A stretch of DNA of 64,000 nucleotides, taken from the NCBI GenBank assembly GCA_029256625.1, contig JAQSXO010000001.1:481-64480 (forward strand). The letters run 5' to 3'. The notes under the pieces are model-generated. The model had not been told where the DNA came from. It made no database searches and saw only the letters and a program-made list of their open reading frames with translations. The DNA comes from Cellulosimicrobium sp. Its GTDB lineage: Bacteria > Actinomycetota > Actinomycetes > Actinomycetales > Cellulomonadaceae. Positions within the stretch are counted from its first letter, which is position 1. Each line of letters begins with the position of its first letter. A program made the translations under genes and the position numbers. This document shows, one piece after another, positions 28,385 to 41,424 of this stretch.

Positions 28385-29335
28385 ATGCGCATCACCGCGG
28401 TCGTCGTCGCGTACGACCGACGCGACCTGCTCGTCGAGGCGCTGGACGCCCTCGCGGCGCAGACCCGTCCGCTCGACGAGGTGGTCGTGATCGACAACGC
28501 CTCGCACGACGACTCGGCCGTCGTCGCGGCCGCGCACCCGGTCGGGGCCGAGGTCCTGACGCTCGCCCGCAACACGGGCGGAGCAGGTGGGTTCGCGGCC
28601 GGGATCGCGCACGCCGTCGCGCGCGGCGCAGACCTCGTCTGGCTCATGGACGACGACACGATCCCCACGCCCACGGCTCTGGCCGAGCTCCTCGCCGCGC
28701 GTGACGCCTACCCGGGACCGGTCGCGCTCCTGGGCAGCCGCGTCGTCTGGCACGACGGCCGCGACCACCCCATGAACACGCCGCGCCGCCGGCCGGGCGC
28801 GTCCGCGGAGCAGATCGCGCACGCGCGTGAGGCCGGGGCGCTCCCGGTGCGGTCCTCGTCGTTCGTCTCGATGCTCGTGGACTCCCGGGCGATCCGGCAC
28901 CACGGGCTGCCGGTCGCCGACTACTTCATCTGGAACGACGACTTCGAGTACTCGGCCCGCCTGTTGCGGCGCGGGACCGGTCTGCACGTGCCGGCCTCCG
29001 TCGTCGAGCACCGGACCAAGACCTTCGGTGCGACCGACGCCGACCCGGGCGCGCGCTTCTACTACGAGGTCCGCAACAAGCTCTGGATGCTCCTGTGGTC
29101 CCGCGCGCTCTCGCCCGCCGAGCGCGTGCTGTACCTCGGTGCGTCGCTCCGCCGGTGGGTGCGGACGTTCCTCCGTTCGTCGGACCGCGGCACCCTCCGC
29201 GAGGCGGGCGCCCGGGGCCTGCGCGACGGCCTGACGACGCGACCTCGCTCGACCGAGGCGGTCCTCGCCGGCCTCGGGCCGGTGTCCGAGGACGTCGCGG
29301 TCGTCGACGCGTCGGCACGGGGGAGGACGGCGTGA
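28385..29335 (+). CDS. GT2 glycosyltransferase, GlfT1-like galactofuranosyltransferase
   Basis: IDNASHD, NTGGAGGF, WLMDDD, GLP..YFIWNDDFEY, FYYEVRN; close to glf. Confidence 0.75.
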   Translation: MRITAVVVAYDRRDLLVEALDALAAQTRPLDEVVVIDNASHDDSAVVAAAHPVGAEVLTLARNTGGAGGFAAGIAHAVARGADLVWLMDDDTIPTPTALAELLAARDAYPGPVALLGSRVVWHDGRDHPMNTPRRRPGASAEQIAHAREAGALPVRSSSFVSMLVDSRAIRHHGLPVADYFIWNDDFEYSARLLRRGTGLHVPASVVEHRTKTFGATDADPGARFYYEVRNKLWMLLWSRALSPAERVLYLGASLRRWVRTFLRSSDRGTLREAGARGLRDGLTTRPRSTEAVLAGLGPVSEDVAVVDASARGRTA

Positions 29336-30162
29336 CCGGAGCACCCGCCGCCTTCTCGCTCCTCCTGCCCGTCTACCACGGTGACGACGCCGCCCACCTG
29401 CGCCGCGCCTTCCGGTCGGCGACGCTCGACCAGGTCCTGCCGCCCGACGAGGTCGTCCTGGTCCAGGACGGCCCGGTCGGGCCCGCGCTCGGCGCGGTGG
29501 TCGAGGAGATCGAGTCGGGCCCCCTCCCGACGACGGTCGTCCGGCTGCCGCGGAACGTCGGTCTGGCGCTCGCTCTCGAGGCGGGGCTCGCGGCGTGCAG
29601 CCACGAGATCGTCGCCCGTACCGACGCCGACGACGTCTGCCTGCCGGACCGGTTCGCGCGCCAGGTCCCGCTGGTCGCGGCGGGCTACGACATCGTCGGC
29701 TCCGCGATCCAGGAGTTCGTCTCGGAGGACGAGCCGGGAATCGTCCGCGTCCCCCCGCTGACCCCGGAGCAGATCGCGGAGGGGGCGCGGTTCCACTCCC
29801 CGTTCAACCACCCCACGGTGGTGTTCCGCCGGTCCTCCGTCTCACGGGCCGGGGGGTACCAGGACCTTCCGCTGCTCGAGGACTACTGGCTCTTCGCCCG
29901 CATGCTGGCGGGTGGCGCTCGCGGGCTCAACCTGCGGGAGCCGTTGCTGCTCTACCGGATCGGCGCCGGCGCGTACGCGCGCCGCGGAGGGGTGCGGCTC
30001 CTGCGCTCGGAGATCGAGCTCCAGCGGCGCATGCGCCGCATCGGCTTCACCTCGACCGCGCAGTGGGCGCGCAACGTGGTCGTCCGCGGCGGCTACCGCC
30101 TGGTGCCCGAGAAGATCCGGGTGCTTCTGTACCGCGGTCTCCTGACCGACAGGGCACGGTGA
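29332..30162 (+). CDS. GT2 glycosyltransferase (AmsE/WbbD-like)
   Basis: FSLLLPVY, DEVVLVQDGP, ARTDADD, SPFNHPTV, EDYWLF, RRGG; GTGA overlap. Confidence 0.8.
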   Translation: MTGAPAAFSLLLPVYHGDDAAHLRRAFRSATLDQVLPPDEVVLVQDGPVGPALGAVVEEIESGPLPTTVVRLPRNVGLALALEAGLAACSHEIVARTDADDVCLPDRFARQVPLVAAGYDIVGSAIQEFVSEDEPGIVRVPPLTPEQIAEGARFHSPFNHPTVVFRRSSVSRAGGYQDLPLLEDYWLFARMLAGGARGLNLREPLLLYRIGAGAYARRGGVRLLRSEIELQRRMRRIGFTSTAQWARNVVVRGGYRLVPEKIRVLLYRGLLTDRAR

Positions 30163-30166
30163 CCCG

Positions 30167-32182
30167 ATGAGCCCGGACTGGTTCGCCTCCTGGCCCGTCG
30201 CGGTCGCCGCGCTCGCGGTCCTCGTCCTGCCCGGCGTGCTGCCCGCCTACGCGCTGCGGTTGCGCGGTGCCGTCGCCTGGTGCGCGGCCCCCCTGCTCTC
30301 TGCGGCCGTGATCGGGCTGTCCGCGATCGTCGGCGGTGCGACGGGGATCGCCTGGAGCGTCTGGGTCGTGATCGGGGGGTCGGTCGTCGCCGGCGCTCTC
30401 GCGTGGCCGCTCGCGCGGAGCACGCGTCGCGGCGGGCCGCGCCTGCTCGTCGGTCCGCGCACGGTGCTCCCGGGCATCGTGATCGCCCTGACGACCGTCC
30501 TCGCCGTCCTGGCCCAGCTCCGCCGGTCGCTCGGCGCCGTGGGGGGTCCGGAGCGCGTCGCGCAGACCTACGACACGCCGTACCACCTCAACAGCGTCCG
30601 CATGATCCTCGAGAACGGCGACGCCTCCTCGCTCCACATGACGCTCACGGTCCCCGGACGACCCTCGGCGTTCTACCCCGCCGTGTGGCACGGTGCGACG
30701 GCGCTCGTCGCCCAGATCAGCGGGGGCAGCGTCCCGTCTGCGGCGAACTGGGTCACGCTCGTGGCCTGCACGGTGGTCTGGCCCGCAGGCATGCTGCTCC
30801 TCGCCAGGGCCCTGTTCGGGCCCCGCGTCCTCTTCCTCGCCCTCGCGGCACCGGCCGCCTTCGCGCTCACGCAGTTCCCGAACAGGCTGTTCTCGTTCGG
30901 TCTCCTGTACCCCAACGTGTACTCCTACGCGCTGCTGCCCGCTGCGCTCGGGCTCGTCGTGGTGGGCGCGTTCCTCACGCACGGTCGAGGCAGGATCCCG
31001 GCGCTCGCCGGGGCGGCGGTCGGCGCCCTCGGGATCGGGCTCGCGCAGCCGAACGGCACGTTCGCCCTCCTGTACGTCTCGGCTCCCGTGCTGGTGCTCG
31101 CCCTCGTCCGGGCGACGGCCCGGTCGCGCCGACGCGGACGCCCCTGGTGGAAGGCGCTGCTCCCGTGGCCGGTCGCCGCGGCCGTGGTCGCGTGCGGATT
31201 CGGCCTGGTCATGACGCTCCCGCTGCTCTCGGGATTCGTCGGCAAGGCCAACTGGGCGGTGACGAACACGCCGGTGGGCGCGCTCCGCGAGGCAGCCACG
31301 CTCACCGCGATGCACCCCGCGATCACCCCGAACTTCCCGGCCTCGGAGAACCTCGCCGGGGGAGTCCCGAACTGGCCCGTCGCGGTCCTCGTCGTGATCG
31401 GCGGCCTCCTCGCGCTCCTCGTCCGGCGCTGGCGCTGGCTCCCGTTCTCCTACGCCATCGTCGTCGGGCTGTGGTTGCTGGTCCGTGGGGTCGACGTCCC
31501 GCTGCGCGGGGCCCTCACCGGCTTCTGGTACGCGGACCCGCAGCGCATCGCGGCGCTGCTGCCCCTCGTGGCGGTTCCGCTCGTCGTCGTCGGCCTCGCG
31601 GCGCCGGTCGGCGCGCTGCTCAGGGCGGTCGGGTCGCAGCGCTCCGCCGGGGTGCGCCGGACGCTCCCCGTCGCGGCCGCCGCGGTCCTCGCTCTCGCGA
31701 TCGTGCTCGTCCTCCCGCGGTCGGAGCACTTCCGTTCGTCCTTCGCCTACGTCGCGCACGCCTATCGGGCGGACCCCGTCTCGGTCGGTTCGGACGGGCT
31801 CCTCGACGCCAACGAGAGCGAGTTCATGGACGAGGTCGAGTCGATCGTCCCTCCTGGTGTGGCGATCGCGGGCGACCCGTGGGACGGGAGCGCGCTTGCT
31901 TGGGCGATCGCCGACCGGCCGGTCATCTACCCGCACATGGGCATCGTGAAGGACACCGCGCGAGCGCTGATCGCGACGTCCCTGGTCGATGCCAGGACCG
32001 ACCCCGCGGTGTGCGAGGCCGTGCACGAGCTGAACGTCGGCTACGTGCTCGACATGGGGCAGCGTCTCAACGGCGAGGTCACCGTCGGCTACCCCGGGCT
32101 CCTCGGGCTGGAGGAGGCGGGCGTGGCCCGCGTGGTCGCCGAGGAGGGGCCGGCTCGCCTCCTCGAGATCACCGCCTGCTGA
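30167..32182 (+). CDS. Polytopic membrane protein, probable GT-C glycosyltransferase (DUF6541/Rv3779-like)
   Basis: More than 12 TM segments, QTYD..YHLN, FYPAVWH, GLLYPN, FWYAD..RI, DPWDGS; family recalled, not searched. Confidence 0.65.
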   Translation: MSPDWFASWPVAVAALAVLVLPGVLPAYALRLRGAVAWCAAPLLSAAVIGLSAIVGGATGIAWSVWVVIGGSVVAGALAWPLARSTRRGGPRLLVGPRTVLPGIVIALTTVLAVLAQLRRSLGAVGGPERVAQTYDTPYHLNSVRMILENGDASSLHMTLTVPGRPSAFYPAVWHGATALVAQISGGSVPSAANWVTLVACTVVWPAGMLLLARALFGPRVLFLALAAPAAFALTQFPNRLFSFGLLYPNVYSYALLPAALGLVVVGAFLTHGRGRIPALAGAAVGALGIGLAQPNGTFALLYVSAPVLVLALVRATARSRRRGRPWWKALLPWPVAAAVVACGFGLVMTLPLLSGFVGKANWAVTNTPVGALREAATLTAMHPAITPNFPASENLAGGVPNWPVAVLVVIGGLLALLVRRWRWLPFSYAIVVGLWLLVRGVDVPLRGALTGFWYADPQRIAALLPLVAVPLVVVGLAAPVGALLRAVGSQRSAGVRRTLPVAAAAVLALAIVLVLPRSEHFRSSFAYVAHAYRADPVSVGSDGLLDANESEFMDEVESIVPPGVAIAGDPWDGSALAWAIADRPVIYPHMGIVKDTARALIATSLVDARTDPAVCEAVHELNVGYVLDMGQRLNGEVTVGYPGLLGLEEAGVARVVAEEGPARLLEITAC

Positions 32183-32266
32183 CGTACGTCGACCGGTCCG
32201 TGAAGGTCTTGTGCTGACCTCATCAGGCTGCGTCCGCTGGTCGGAGCCCTACCGGCCAACGGCTAG

Positions 32267-35346
<3,080 letters not shown>

Positions 35347-35349
35347 GAC

Positions 35350-36222
35350 GTGGCGACCGTCGGCAGCGCCGGCATCGAACCGACCGAACCCGGTATCGGG
35401 CACGGTCTGCTCGATGTGGCCAAGAACCGTTTCCTCCTGCACCTGCTGGTGAAGAAGGAGCTGCGCGTCCGCTACCAGGCGTCGATGCTCGGCATCCTGT
35501 GGTCCTACGTGAAGCCGGCGGTCCAGTTCGTCGTCTTCTACCTGGCGCTGGGCGTCTTCCTCGAGCTGAACAAGGGAACCGAGGACTACGCCGTCTACCT
35601 CTTCTCCGGCGTGGTGGTGATCAACCTCTTCGGGGAGGCGTTCGGCAACGCGACACGCTCGATCGTCGGCAACGGCGCGCTGGTGCGCAAGATCTACCTG
35701 CCGAGGCAGCTCTTCCCGCTCGCCTCGCTCCAGGTCGCGTTCGTGCACTTCCTGCCCCAGCTGCTCGTGCTCGTGGTCGGCACGCTCGTCGCAGGGTGGA
35801 GACCCAACCTGGCCCAGCTCGCCGGGGGAATCCTCGCGATCTTCATCGTCTGCACGCTCGCGTTCGGCCTCGGACTCCTCTTCGGCGCCGTCAACGTGAT
35901 GTTCCGGGACGCCGAGAACTTCGTGGACCTGATCATCATGGTCGCCACGTGGCTCTCCCCGGTGCTCTACACGTGGGACCGGGTGGCGAACGCCCTCTCC
36001 GACGTCCCGTGGCTCTTCACGCTCTACCAGCTGAACCCCCTGACCGCGGCGGTGGAGCTGTTCCACTGGTGCTTCTGGTACCCCGCGACCTCGGGCAGCT
36101 CCGCGCTGCCCCCCAACATGATCGCCTTCGGGTTCGCCGGTCTCGCCGTCTCGTTGTTGATCCTCGCCTTCGGAGACTTCGTCTTCCGTCGGCTCGAGGG
36201 CCGATTCGCACAGGAGCTCTGA
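35350..36222 (+). CDS. wzm: Polysaccharide ABC exporter permease (Wzm/TagG)
   Basis: ELRVRYQASMLGILWS, LVRKIYLP, FRD, SPVLY, LNPLT, RFAQEL. Confidence 0.9.
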   Translation: MATVGSAGIEPTEPGIGHGLLDVAKNRFLLHLLVKKELRVRYQASMLGILWSYVKPAVQFVVFYLALGVFLELNKGTEDYAVYLFSGVVVINLFGEAFGNATRSIVGNGALVRKIYLPRQLFPLASLQVAFVHFLPQLLVLVVGTLVAGWRPNLAQLAGGILAIFIVCTLAFGLGLLFGAVNVMFRDAENFVDLIIMVATWLSPVLYTWDRVANALSDVPWLFTLYQLNPLTAAVELFHWCFWYPATSGSSALPPNMIAFGFAGLAVSLLILAFGDFVFRRLEGRFAQEL

Positions 36223-36941
36223 TGACGTCCAGCATCGAGATCGCCGGGGTCGGCAAGGACTTCCGGCTGAACCACAGCCGTTCCCTCAAGGACATGGTCG
36301 TGTCGAAGGTCCGCAAGAAGGACCGTCACGAGACCTTCCAGGCCCTCGACGACGTCTCGGTCCAGGTCCAGCAGGGCGAGAGCGTCGCCCTGCTGGGGCT
36401 CAACGGGTCCGGGAAGTCGACCCTCCTCAAGCTCATCTCCGGGGTCATGCGCCCCGACCGCGGCTCGATCCGCGTCCGGGGGCGGCTCGCCGGCCTGATC
36501 GAGGTCGGCGCCGGGTTCCACCCCGACCTGACGGGTCGCGAGAACGTCTTCCTCAACGGGGCGATCCTGGGCATGGACGAGGCGACGATCCACCGCCGCT
36601 TCGACGAGATCGTCGCGTTCTCCGAGATCGAGAAGTTCATCGACACCGAGGTGAAGTTCTACTCCTCGGGGATGTTCCTGCGGCTGGCCTTCTCCGTGTG
36701 CGTCTACACGGAGCCCGAGGTGTTCCTCGTCGACGAGATCCTCGCCGTCGGCGACGAGCCCTTCCAGCAGAAGTGCCTCGCGCGCATCCGGGAGATCCAG
36801 GACGAGGGTCGCACCCTCGTCATCGTCAGCCACGACCTGGACATGGTGCAGAAGATCTGCGAGCGGGGGGTCGTGCTCGAGCGGGGCCACGTCGTGTACG
36901 ACGGGGAGTCCGCCGGCGCGGTCCAGCAGCTCCGACGCTGA
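36222..36941 (+). CDS. wzt: Polysaccharide ABC exporter ATPase (Wzt/TagH) without C-terminal carbohydrate-binding domain
   Basis: GLNGSGKST, GAGFHPDLTGRENV, YSSGM..RLAFS, DEILAVGD, VSHD; 239 aa. Confidence 0.92.
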   Translation: MTSSIEIAGVGKDFRLNHSRSLKDMVVSKVRKKDRHETFQALDDVSVQVQQGESVALLGLNGSGKSTLLKLISGVMRPDRGSIRVRGRLAGLIEVGAGFHPDLTGRENVFLNGAILGMDEATIHRRFDEIVAFSEIEKFIDTEVKFYSSGMFLRLAFSVCVYTEPEVFLVDEILAVGDEPFQQKCLARIREIQDEGRTLVIVSHDLDMVQKICERGVVLERGHVVYDGESAGAVQQLRR

Positions 36942-37002
36942 CCGGGCTCCGGAGACGACCAGCCCTGCTGGCACGGCCGTTCCCGGCTTCCGGCGACGTC
37001 GA

Positions 37003-37048
37003 AAGGCCCCGGTGACCACCTCCTCGAGGAGATGGTCACCGGGGCCTT
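37003..37048. terminator. Bidirectional terminator-like hairpin between convergent genes
   Basis: AAGGCCCCGGTGACCA...TGGTCACCGGGGCCTT 16-bp stem around inner palindrome CTCCTCGAGGAG. Confidence 0.8.
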
Positions 37049-37064
37049 CCCCTGCGGTCCGCGG

Positions 37065-38936
37065 TCAGTCGCCGGCGGAGTAGAGACGCTCCCAGCTCTC
37101 GCGGCTCGTCAGTCGCGGCAGCGCGTCGCGCCACGCGTCGCGGGCGGCGGCCCCCTGGCGGCGGAGCCGCCACAGCGCAGCGCTCGCGTCGCGCGAGAGC
37201 TGCCGGGCGGCCTTGGAGTCGTAGGTACGGACGCGGAACGCGTCCTGCGAGGCGTCGGTCACGACGACCTGACGGAACATCGCCGTGTGCCACCACTGGG
37301 AGTCCCCGGCGGTGATGTTCGCCGCACCCCGCGTGTGCCCGAGCGCCTGGAAGGCGAGCCGCTTCGCCAGCACGAGCGAGGGGAGGCTCGGGGTGCCCTC
37401 GAGCTTGACCGTCGGCACGGCGTCGAGCCCCGCGTCGGCCAGGTCCTCGGGCGTCCGACGGATCGTGTCGGGGTACTCCTTGCGCAGGGCGAGGACGTCC
37501 TTGAGCGCCTGCTCACCACCGTCCGCGAGCACCGAAGGACCGGCGAGGAAGTCGTCGATCGCCTTGATGAGCGTCGCCGTCATCCCGTACTGGTGCCCGG
37601 CGATGTACCGCGCGAACTGCTTCGCGAGCGTCTTGGTGACGTCGGCGGGCACGGCGTCCGAGTGCAGGGCGGCGGTGATCAGCGAGTTGCGGTGGGAGAA
37701 GTACCGCGACCAGTCGTCCCAGTCCTTCAGCGAGAAGTCCGCGTGCCAGACGCCGGCACCGGGCAGAGTCGTCGTGGGGATCCCGTGCTGCCGCGCGCGC
37801 ACCCCGTACTCGATGTCGTCCCACTGGAAGAACATCGGCAGGGGGAAGCCGATCTCCCGCACGACCTCCGCGGGGATGAGGCACGACCACCAGGCGTTGT
37901 AGCCCGCGTCCATCCACTTGCGCGGCAGACGCTGGAGGAGGTTCACGTCGTGCGACTTCTCGTCGACGGGCAGCCCCGCCCGCAGGGCGGGGAGGTTCAC
38001 GGTCTCGGCGTTCGTGTGCAGCCTCGTGGGCTGGTACAGGTAGAGCATCTGACCGCCGACGATCATGGGACGGATCGCGTGGTTCGCGAAGGCGGTCATG
38101 CGGAGCACGGTCTCGGGCTCGAGCACGATGTCGTCGTCCATGAAGAGGACGTTCGCGTGCTCCTCGGACTTCTTGCCGGTGATCTCGAACAGCCCCCGGG
38201 TGAACCCGCCCGCGCCTCCGAGGTTGCGCTGCTCGATGACCTGCAGACGGTCGCCGAAGCGGGAGCGGACGTCGCCGAACCCCGGCTGGTCCGTGACGCG
38301 TGACGTGCCCTGGTCCACGACGTAGACGGTCTCGACGACCTTGAGCACCTCGGGGTCGCGGGAGAGGGAGTCGAGCGTCGCGAGGCAGTCGGCGGGGCGG
38401 TTGTACGTGCAGATGACCACCGAGGTCGGCCGGTCCTGAGCGGGCGAGCCCGCGATCACGCGCACGTCGGAGAGGGTGAGCGAGCCGTCACCGGCCTGCG
38501 CCTCGAGCCAGAGGTAGCCACCGTCGAGGTACTTGTCGAGCGGGACGTCGAAGACGACGTCGGTCGGCGTGTCGAACGCGACCTCGCGCACCTCCACCGG
38601 TCGTGAGGTCGGCGCCGTGCCGTTGGCCACGACCGAGACGAGTCCGTGCCCGGTGACGGTCAGGGAGATCTGCAACGACCGCGCGGTCGTCCAGCGCTGG
38701 AGGTACGCCGCCGGGATGCGGCCGAAGTACGTCTCCGTCGTGAGCCGGCCGTGGGGCGGGAGCGTGGCGCTCGTCCTCGACAGCTCGGCGTCGCCGTGCG
38801 CCGTCTTCACGTACAGTCCCACGGCTGCGTCGGTCGCTGGACCGAAGTGGACCCGCTGGATCGTGTTCCCCTGCGCCTCCTGCGGCGAGCCCGCGGACGA
38901 GTTGGACGTCGTGGCAGAAGGTGATGTCATCGGCAT
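37065..38936 (-). CDS. Second GlfT2-like galactofuranosyltransferase
   Basis: TYFGRIPAAY, VVDQG, NLGGAGGFTRG, FMDDDI, YNAWWSCLIP, PMFFQWDD, YFSHRNSL. Confidence 0.85.
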   Translation of the reverse strand: MPMTSPSATTSNSSAGSPQEAQGNTIQRVHFGPATDAAVGLYVKTAHGDAELSRTSATLPPHGRLTTETYFGRIPAAYLQRWTTARSLQISLTVTGHGLVSVVANGTAPTSRPVEVREVAFDTPTDVVFDVPLDKYLDGGYLWLEAQAGDGSLTLSDVRVIAGSPAQDRPTSVVICTYNRPADCLATLDSLSRDPEVLKVVETVYVVDQGTSRVTDQPGFGDVRSRFGDRLQVIEQRNLGGAGGFTRGLFEITGKKSEEHANVLFMDDDIVLEPETVLRMTAFANHAIRPMIVGGQMLYLYQPTRLHTNAETVNLPALRAGLPVDEKSHDVNLLQRLPRKWMDAGYNAWWSCLIPAEVVREIGFPLPMFFQWDDIEYGVRARQHGIPTTTLPGAGVWHADFSLKDWDDWSRYFSHRNSLITAALHSDAVPADVTKTLAKQFARYIAGHQYGMTATLIKAIDDFLAGPSVLADGGEQALKDVLALRKEYPDTIRRTPEDLADAGLDAVPTVKLEGTPSLPSLVLAKRLAFQALGHTRGAANITAGDSQWWHTAMFRQVVVTDASQDAFRVRTYDSKAARQLSRDASAALWRLRRQGAAARDAWRDALPRLTSRESWERLYSAGD

Positions 38937-39043
38937 TCTCCGGGTCTTCGTGGTGTCGTGGCGCGGCGCGATCGCAGAGCGTCGGCCCTCGGTCGTGCAC
39001 GGTGCCCCTCCCGAGATCGGTGGGGCGGCTGCACGGAGTCAGG

Positions 39044-41254
39044 TCAGGAAGCGACGACCTCGCTCGAGGCTAGCGCCGAAGGGACCTCGGTCGCACGTCC
39101 GCCAGCCCTCCGCCGCCGTGACTGGACCGCCAGCAGGACGCTCTGGCCCACGACGACGAGCGCGCCGAGCCCGACGAGCGCCCATCCGCTCCGGACACCG
39201 GGAACGGCGAAGTCGAGCGTGACCTCGGACGTTCCCTCGGGCACGTCCACCGTCAGGAGCCCTGCGTCCGTCGTGCCGACCTCGACCTCCCGTCCGTCGA
39301 CCGTGGCGGTGTAGCCGGGCCAGGCGAGGCGCGCGAAGGTGAGCGTCCCTTCGCCCTCGACCTCCACGACCTCCGTGTAGTCCGTGGCCTCCGAGGTCAC
39401 GACGCGCAGACCGTCGGAGACGCCCGAGACGCGCCCCGGCAGCTCGATGGGCTCGGTCCTGGTCCAGACCTCGCGGACGTCGTCCGACTCCGCGACGGCC
39501 CAGCCGGCGGGGGGCCCGTCGTCGATCGCGTCCTCGAACGCCGCACGCTGCAGCACGAGCGTCTCGAGGCGGAGCGTGTCGGCGAGGTCGCCCGAGGTGC
39601 CGTCGACGGGCTCCCAGAGTCGCTCGTAGGACTCCTCGCACACGTTGCCCTTGTAGTCCATGCAGAGCGCTTCGCTGAAGGCCTTGAACCCGATGCCCGT
39701 GTAGCGCACGACGCTCTCGTGGTCCGTGACGACGTGGAGGTTCCCGAACATGATGCGCGCCGACTCGACGGCGTCCTTGCCCGCCGAGCCCTGCTGGGCG
39801 AGCTGGAGGTAGGTGCCCTCGTAGGGCTCGGCCGCCTCGCGGATCGTCGAGACCGAGGTCGGGGGGTAGATCGCGTCGTCGATGGCTCCGGGGAACACCG
39901 ACGTCTGGAAGAACGTCACGACGAGGGTCCCCGCGACGAGGGTCGAGGCGAAGACGCGGTCTCCGTACCGGCGGTACGTCCACAGGGCGGCGGTGATCAG
40001 CCCGGCGACCATGACGAGGCTGAGCGTGTGGCGGAACGCCTGGTTCGGGGTGACGGAGAAGGCGATGTAGGTGCCGAAGACGATGATCGCGCCGGTGAGG
40101 ACGGCGCGCAGGCGGACGTGCTCGCGCGCGAGCCCCGCCGTCAGCGCGACCGCGAGGATGCCCAGGAGCCCGAGGTAGGTGTACTCGATCACCCGGATGG
40201 GCCACCGGAACAGCCAGAAGTTCGACGGACCGAGCGTCATCGCCGCGTAGACACCGGTGAACACCACGATGCTCAGCGAGCCCTTGAGGTTCCGCGTCAG
40301 CGCGCGCCAGCGGATCCAGGGCAGGAGCGGGAGGAAGAACCACGCGAGGTACACGGAGGGCAGCGACTCGAGGAGCGCGCCTCCCCAGTTCGTGACGGAC
40401 GGCAGGTACGACGGCGTGCTCGCGCCCGAGAGGTCGCCGAGGTCGGGGACCATGAACGTGTCGTTGCTGATCATCGCCAGCTCCTGGCGGAGCGTCACCT
40501 CCTGGGTCCCGAGGAGGGGCCCGAAGACCAGCCAGGCGCACAGGCCCACGGCGGCGCCCGTGACCACGAGGTGGACGAGCTCGCGGACCCGGCGACCCAC
40601 GCCGAGCTCGACGGCGAGCGCGGCCAGCACGATGATCAGGCCGAGCGCGGCGTAGGGGTTCCCGGAGGTCATGGCGAGGAACCCGAAGACGAAGGTGGGC
40701 CACGGGGCTCCGCCGCGGCTCACCTGTCGGTGGGCGGCCCACCAGAAGAAGGTCACCCAGACGAGTGCCGTCAGGCCCGCCGGCCAGCCCGCGGCCTCGT
40801 AGAAGAGCGTGAACCCCGTGACGGGCATCGCGGTGGCCATGGCGAACGAGGGCCAGGCTCCCGCGCCGTACGACCGGAAGAGGAGGTACGCGGCGACGGA
40901 GAGCAGCGCGAGCAGCTGGATCATCACGAACGCGGACGCGTGGGAGAGGTCGTCGAAGAACGAGACCACGACGTAGTCGACCAGGGAGACGGGGTTCCAC
41001 TGGTTGTACGCGGCCTCCGCCGCGTAGTTGCCGCCCATCCAGCCGGAGGGCTCCATCTGGGGCCACGTCCCGTTGCGCAGCTGCGTGCCGAAGTGGTGCC
41101 ACAGCGGGACGAACGACTCGGGCGCGTCGCCGACGTAGTAGAAGAGCGTGCCGCGCCAGGCGGCCACGAGGCCGAGCAGGACGGTCACCACGGGCGTCAG
41201 GACAGCCGGCAGCCACCGGGACCGTACGGTCTCGGTGGAGGTCGAAGAACGCAT
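39044..41254 (-). CDS. Polytopic membrane protein, probable GT-C (YfhO-like) glycosyltransferase
   Basis: Acidic first loop (GDAPESFVP, GNYAAEA..WNP), about 12 TM segments, C-terminal external domain with WPGYTATVDG and a terminal TM helix. Confidence 0.6.
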   Translation of the reverse strand: MRSSTSTETVRSRWLPAVLTPVVTVLLGLVAAWRGTLFYYVGDAPESFVPLWHHFGTQLRNGTWPQMEPSGWMGGNYAAEAAYNQWNPVSLVDYVVVSFFDDLSHASAFVMIQLLALLSVAAYLLFRSYGAGAWPSFAMATAMPVTGFTLFYEAAGWPAGLTALVWVTFFWWAAHRQVSRGGAPWPTFVFGFLAMTSGNPYAALGLIIVLAALAVELGVGRRVRELVHLVVTGAAVGLCAWLVFGPLLGTQEVTLRQELAMISNDTFMVPDLGDLSGASTPSYLPSVTNWGGALLESLPSVYLAWFFLPLLPWIRWRALTRNLKGSLSIVVFTGVYAAMTLGPSNFWLFRWPIRVIEYTYLGLLGILAVALTAGLAREHVRLRAVLTGAIIVFGTYIAFSVTPNQAFRHTLSLVMVAGLITAALWTYRRYGDRVFASTLVAGTLVVTFFQTSVFPGAIDDAIYPPTSVSTIREAAEPYEGTYLQLAQQGSAGKDAVESARIMFGNLHVVTDHESVVRYTGIGFKAFSEALCMDYKGNVCEESYERLWEPVDGTSGDLADTLRLETLVLQRAAFEDAIDDGPPAGWAVAESDDVREVWTRTEPIELPGRVSGVSDGLRVVTSEATDYTEVVEVEGEGTLTFARLAWPGYTATVDGREVEVGTTDAGLLTVDVPEGTSEVTLDFAVPGVRSGWALVGLGALVVVGQSVLLAVQSRRRRAGGRATEVPSALASSEVVAS

Positions 41255-41424
41255 GGACGAGTGATTCCCCCAAGATCGGCGGGTCCGGCGGCAGGATGAC
41301 CTGCGGCTGTACGGGCGCTCGATGGTATCGCGCGTCGCCGCACCGGCGTGAACGCGGCAGGACGGCGGCTAGCATGGCACGGTTCGGGCGGCACCAGGCC
41401 GCCTCGCGCCGGGAGAGGAAGAGG

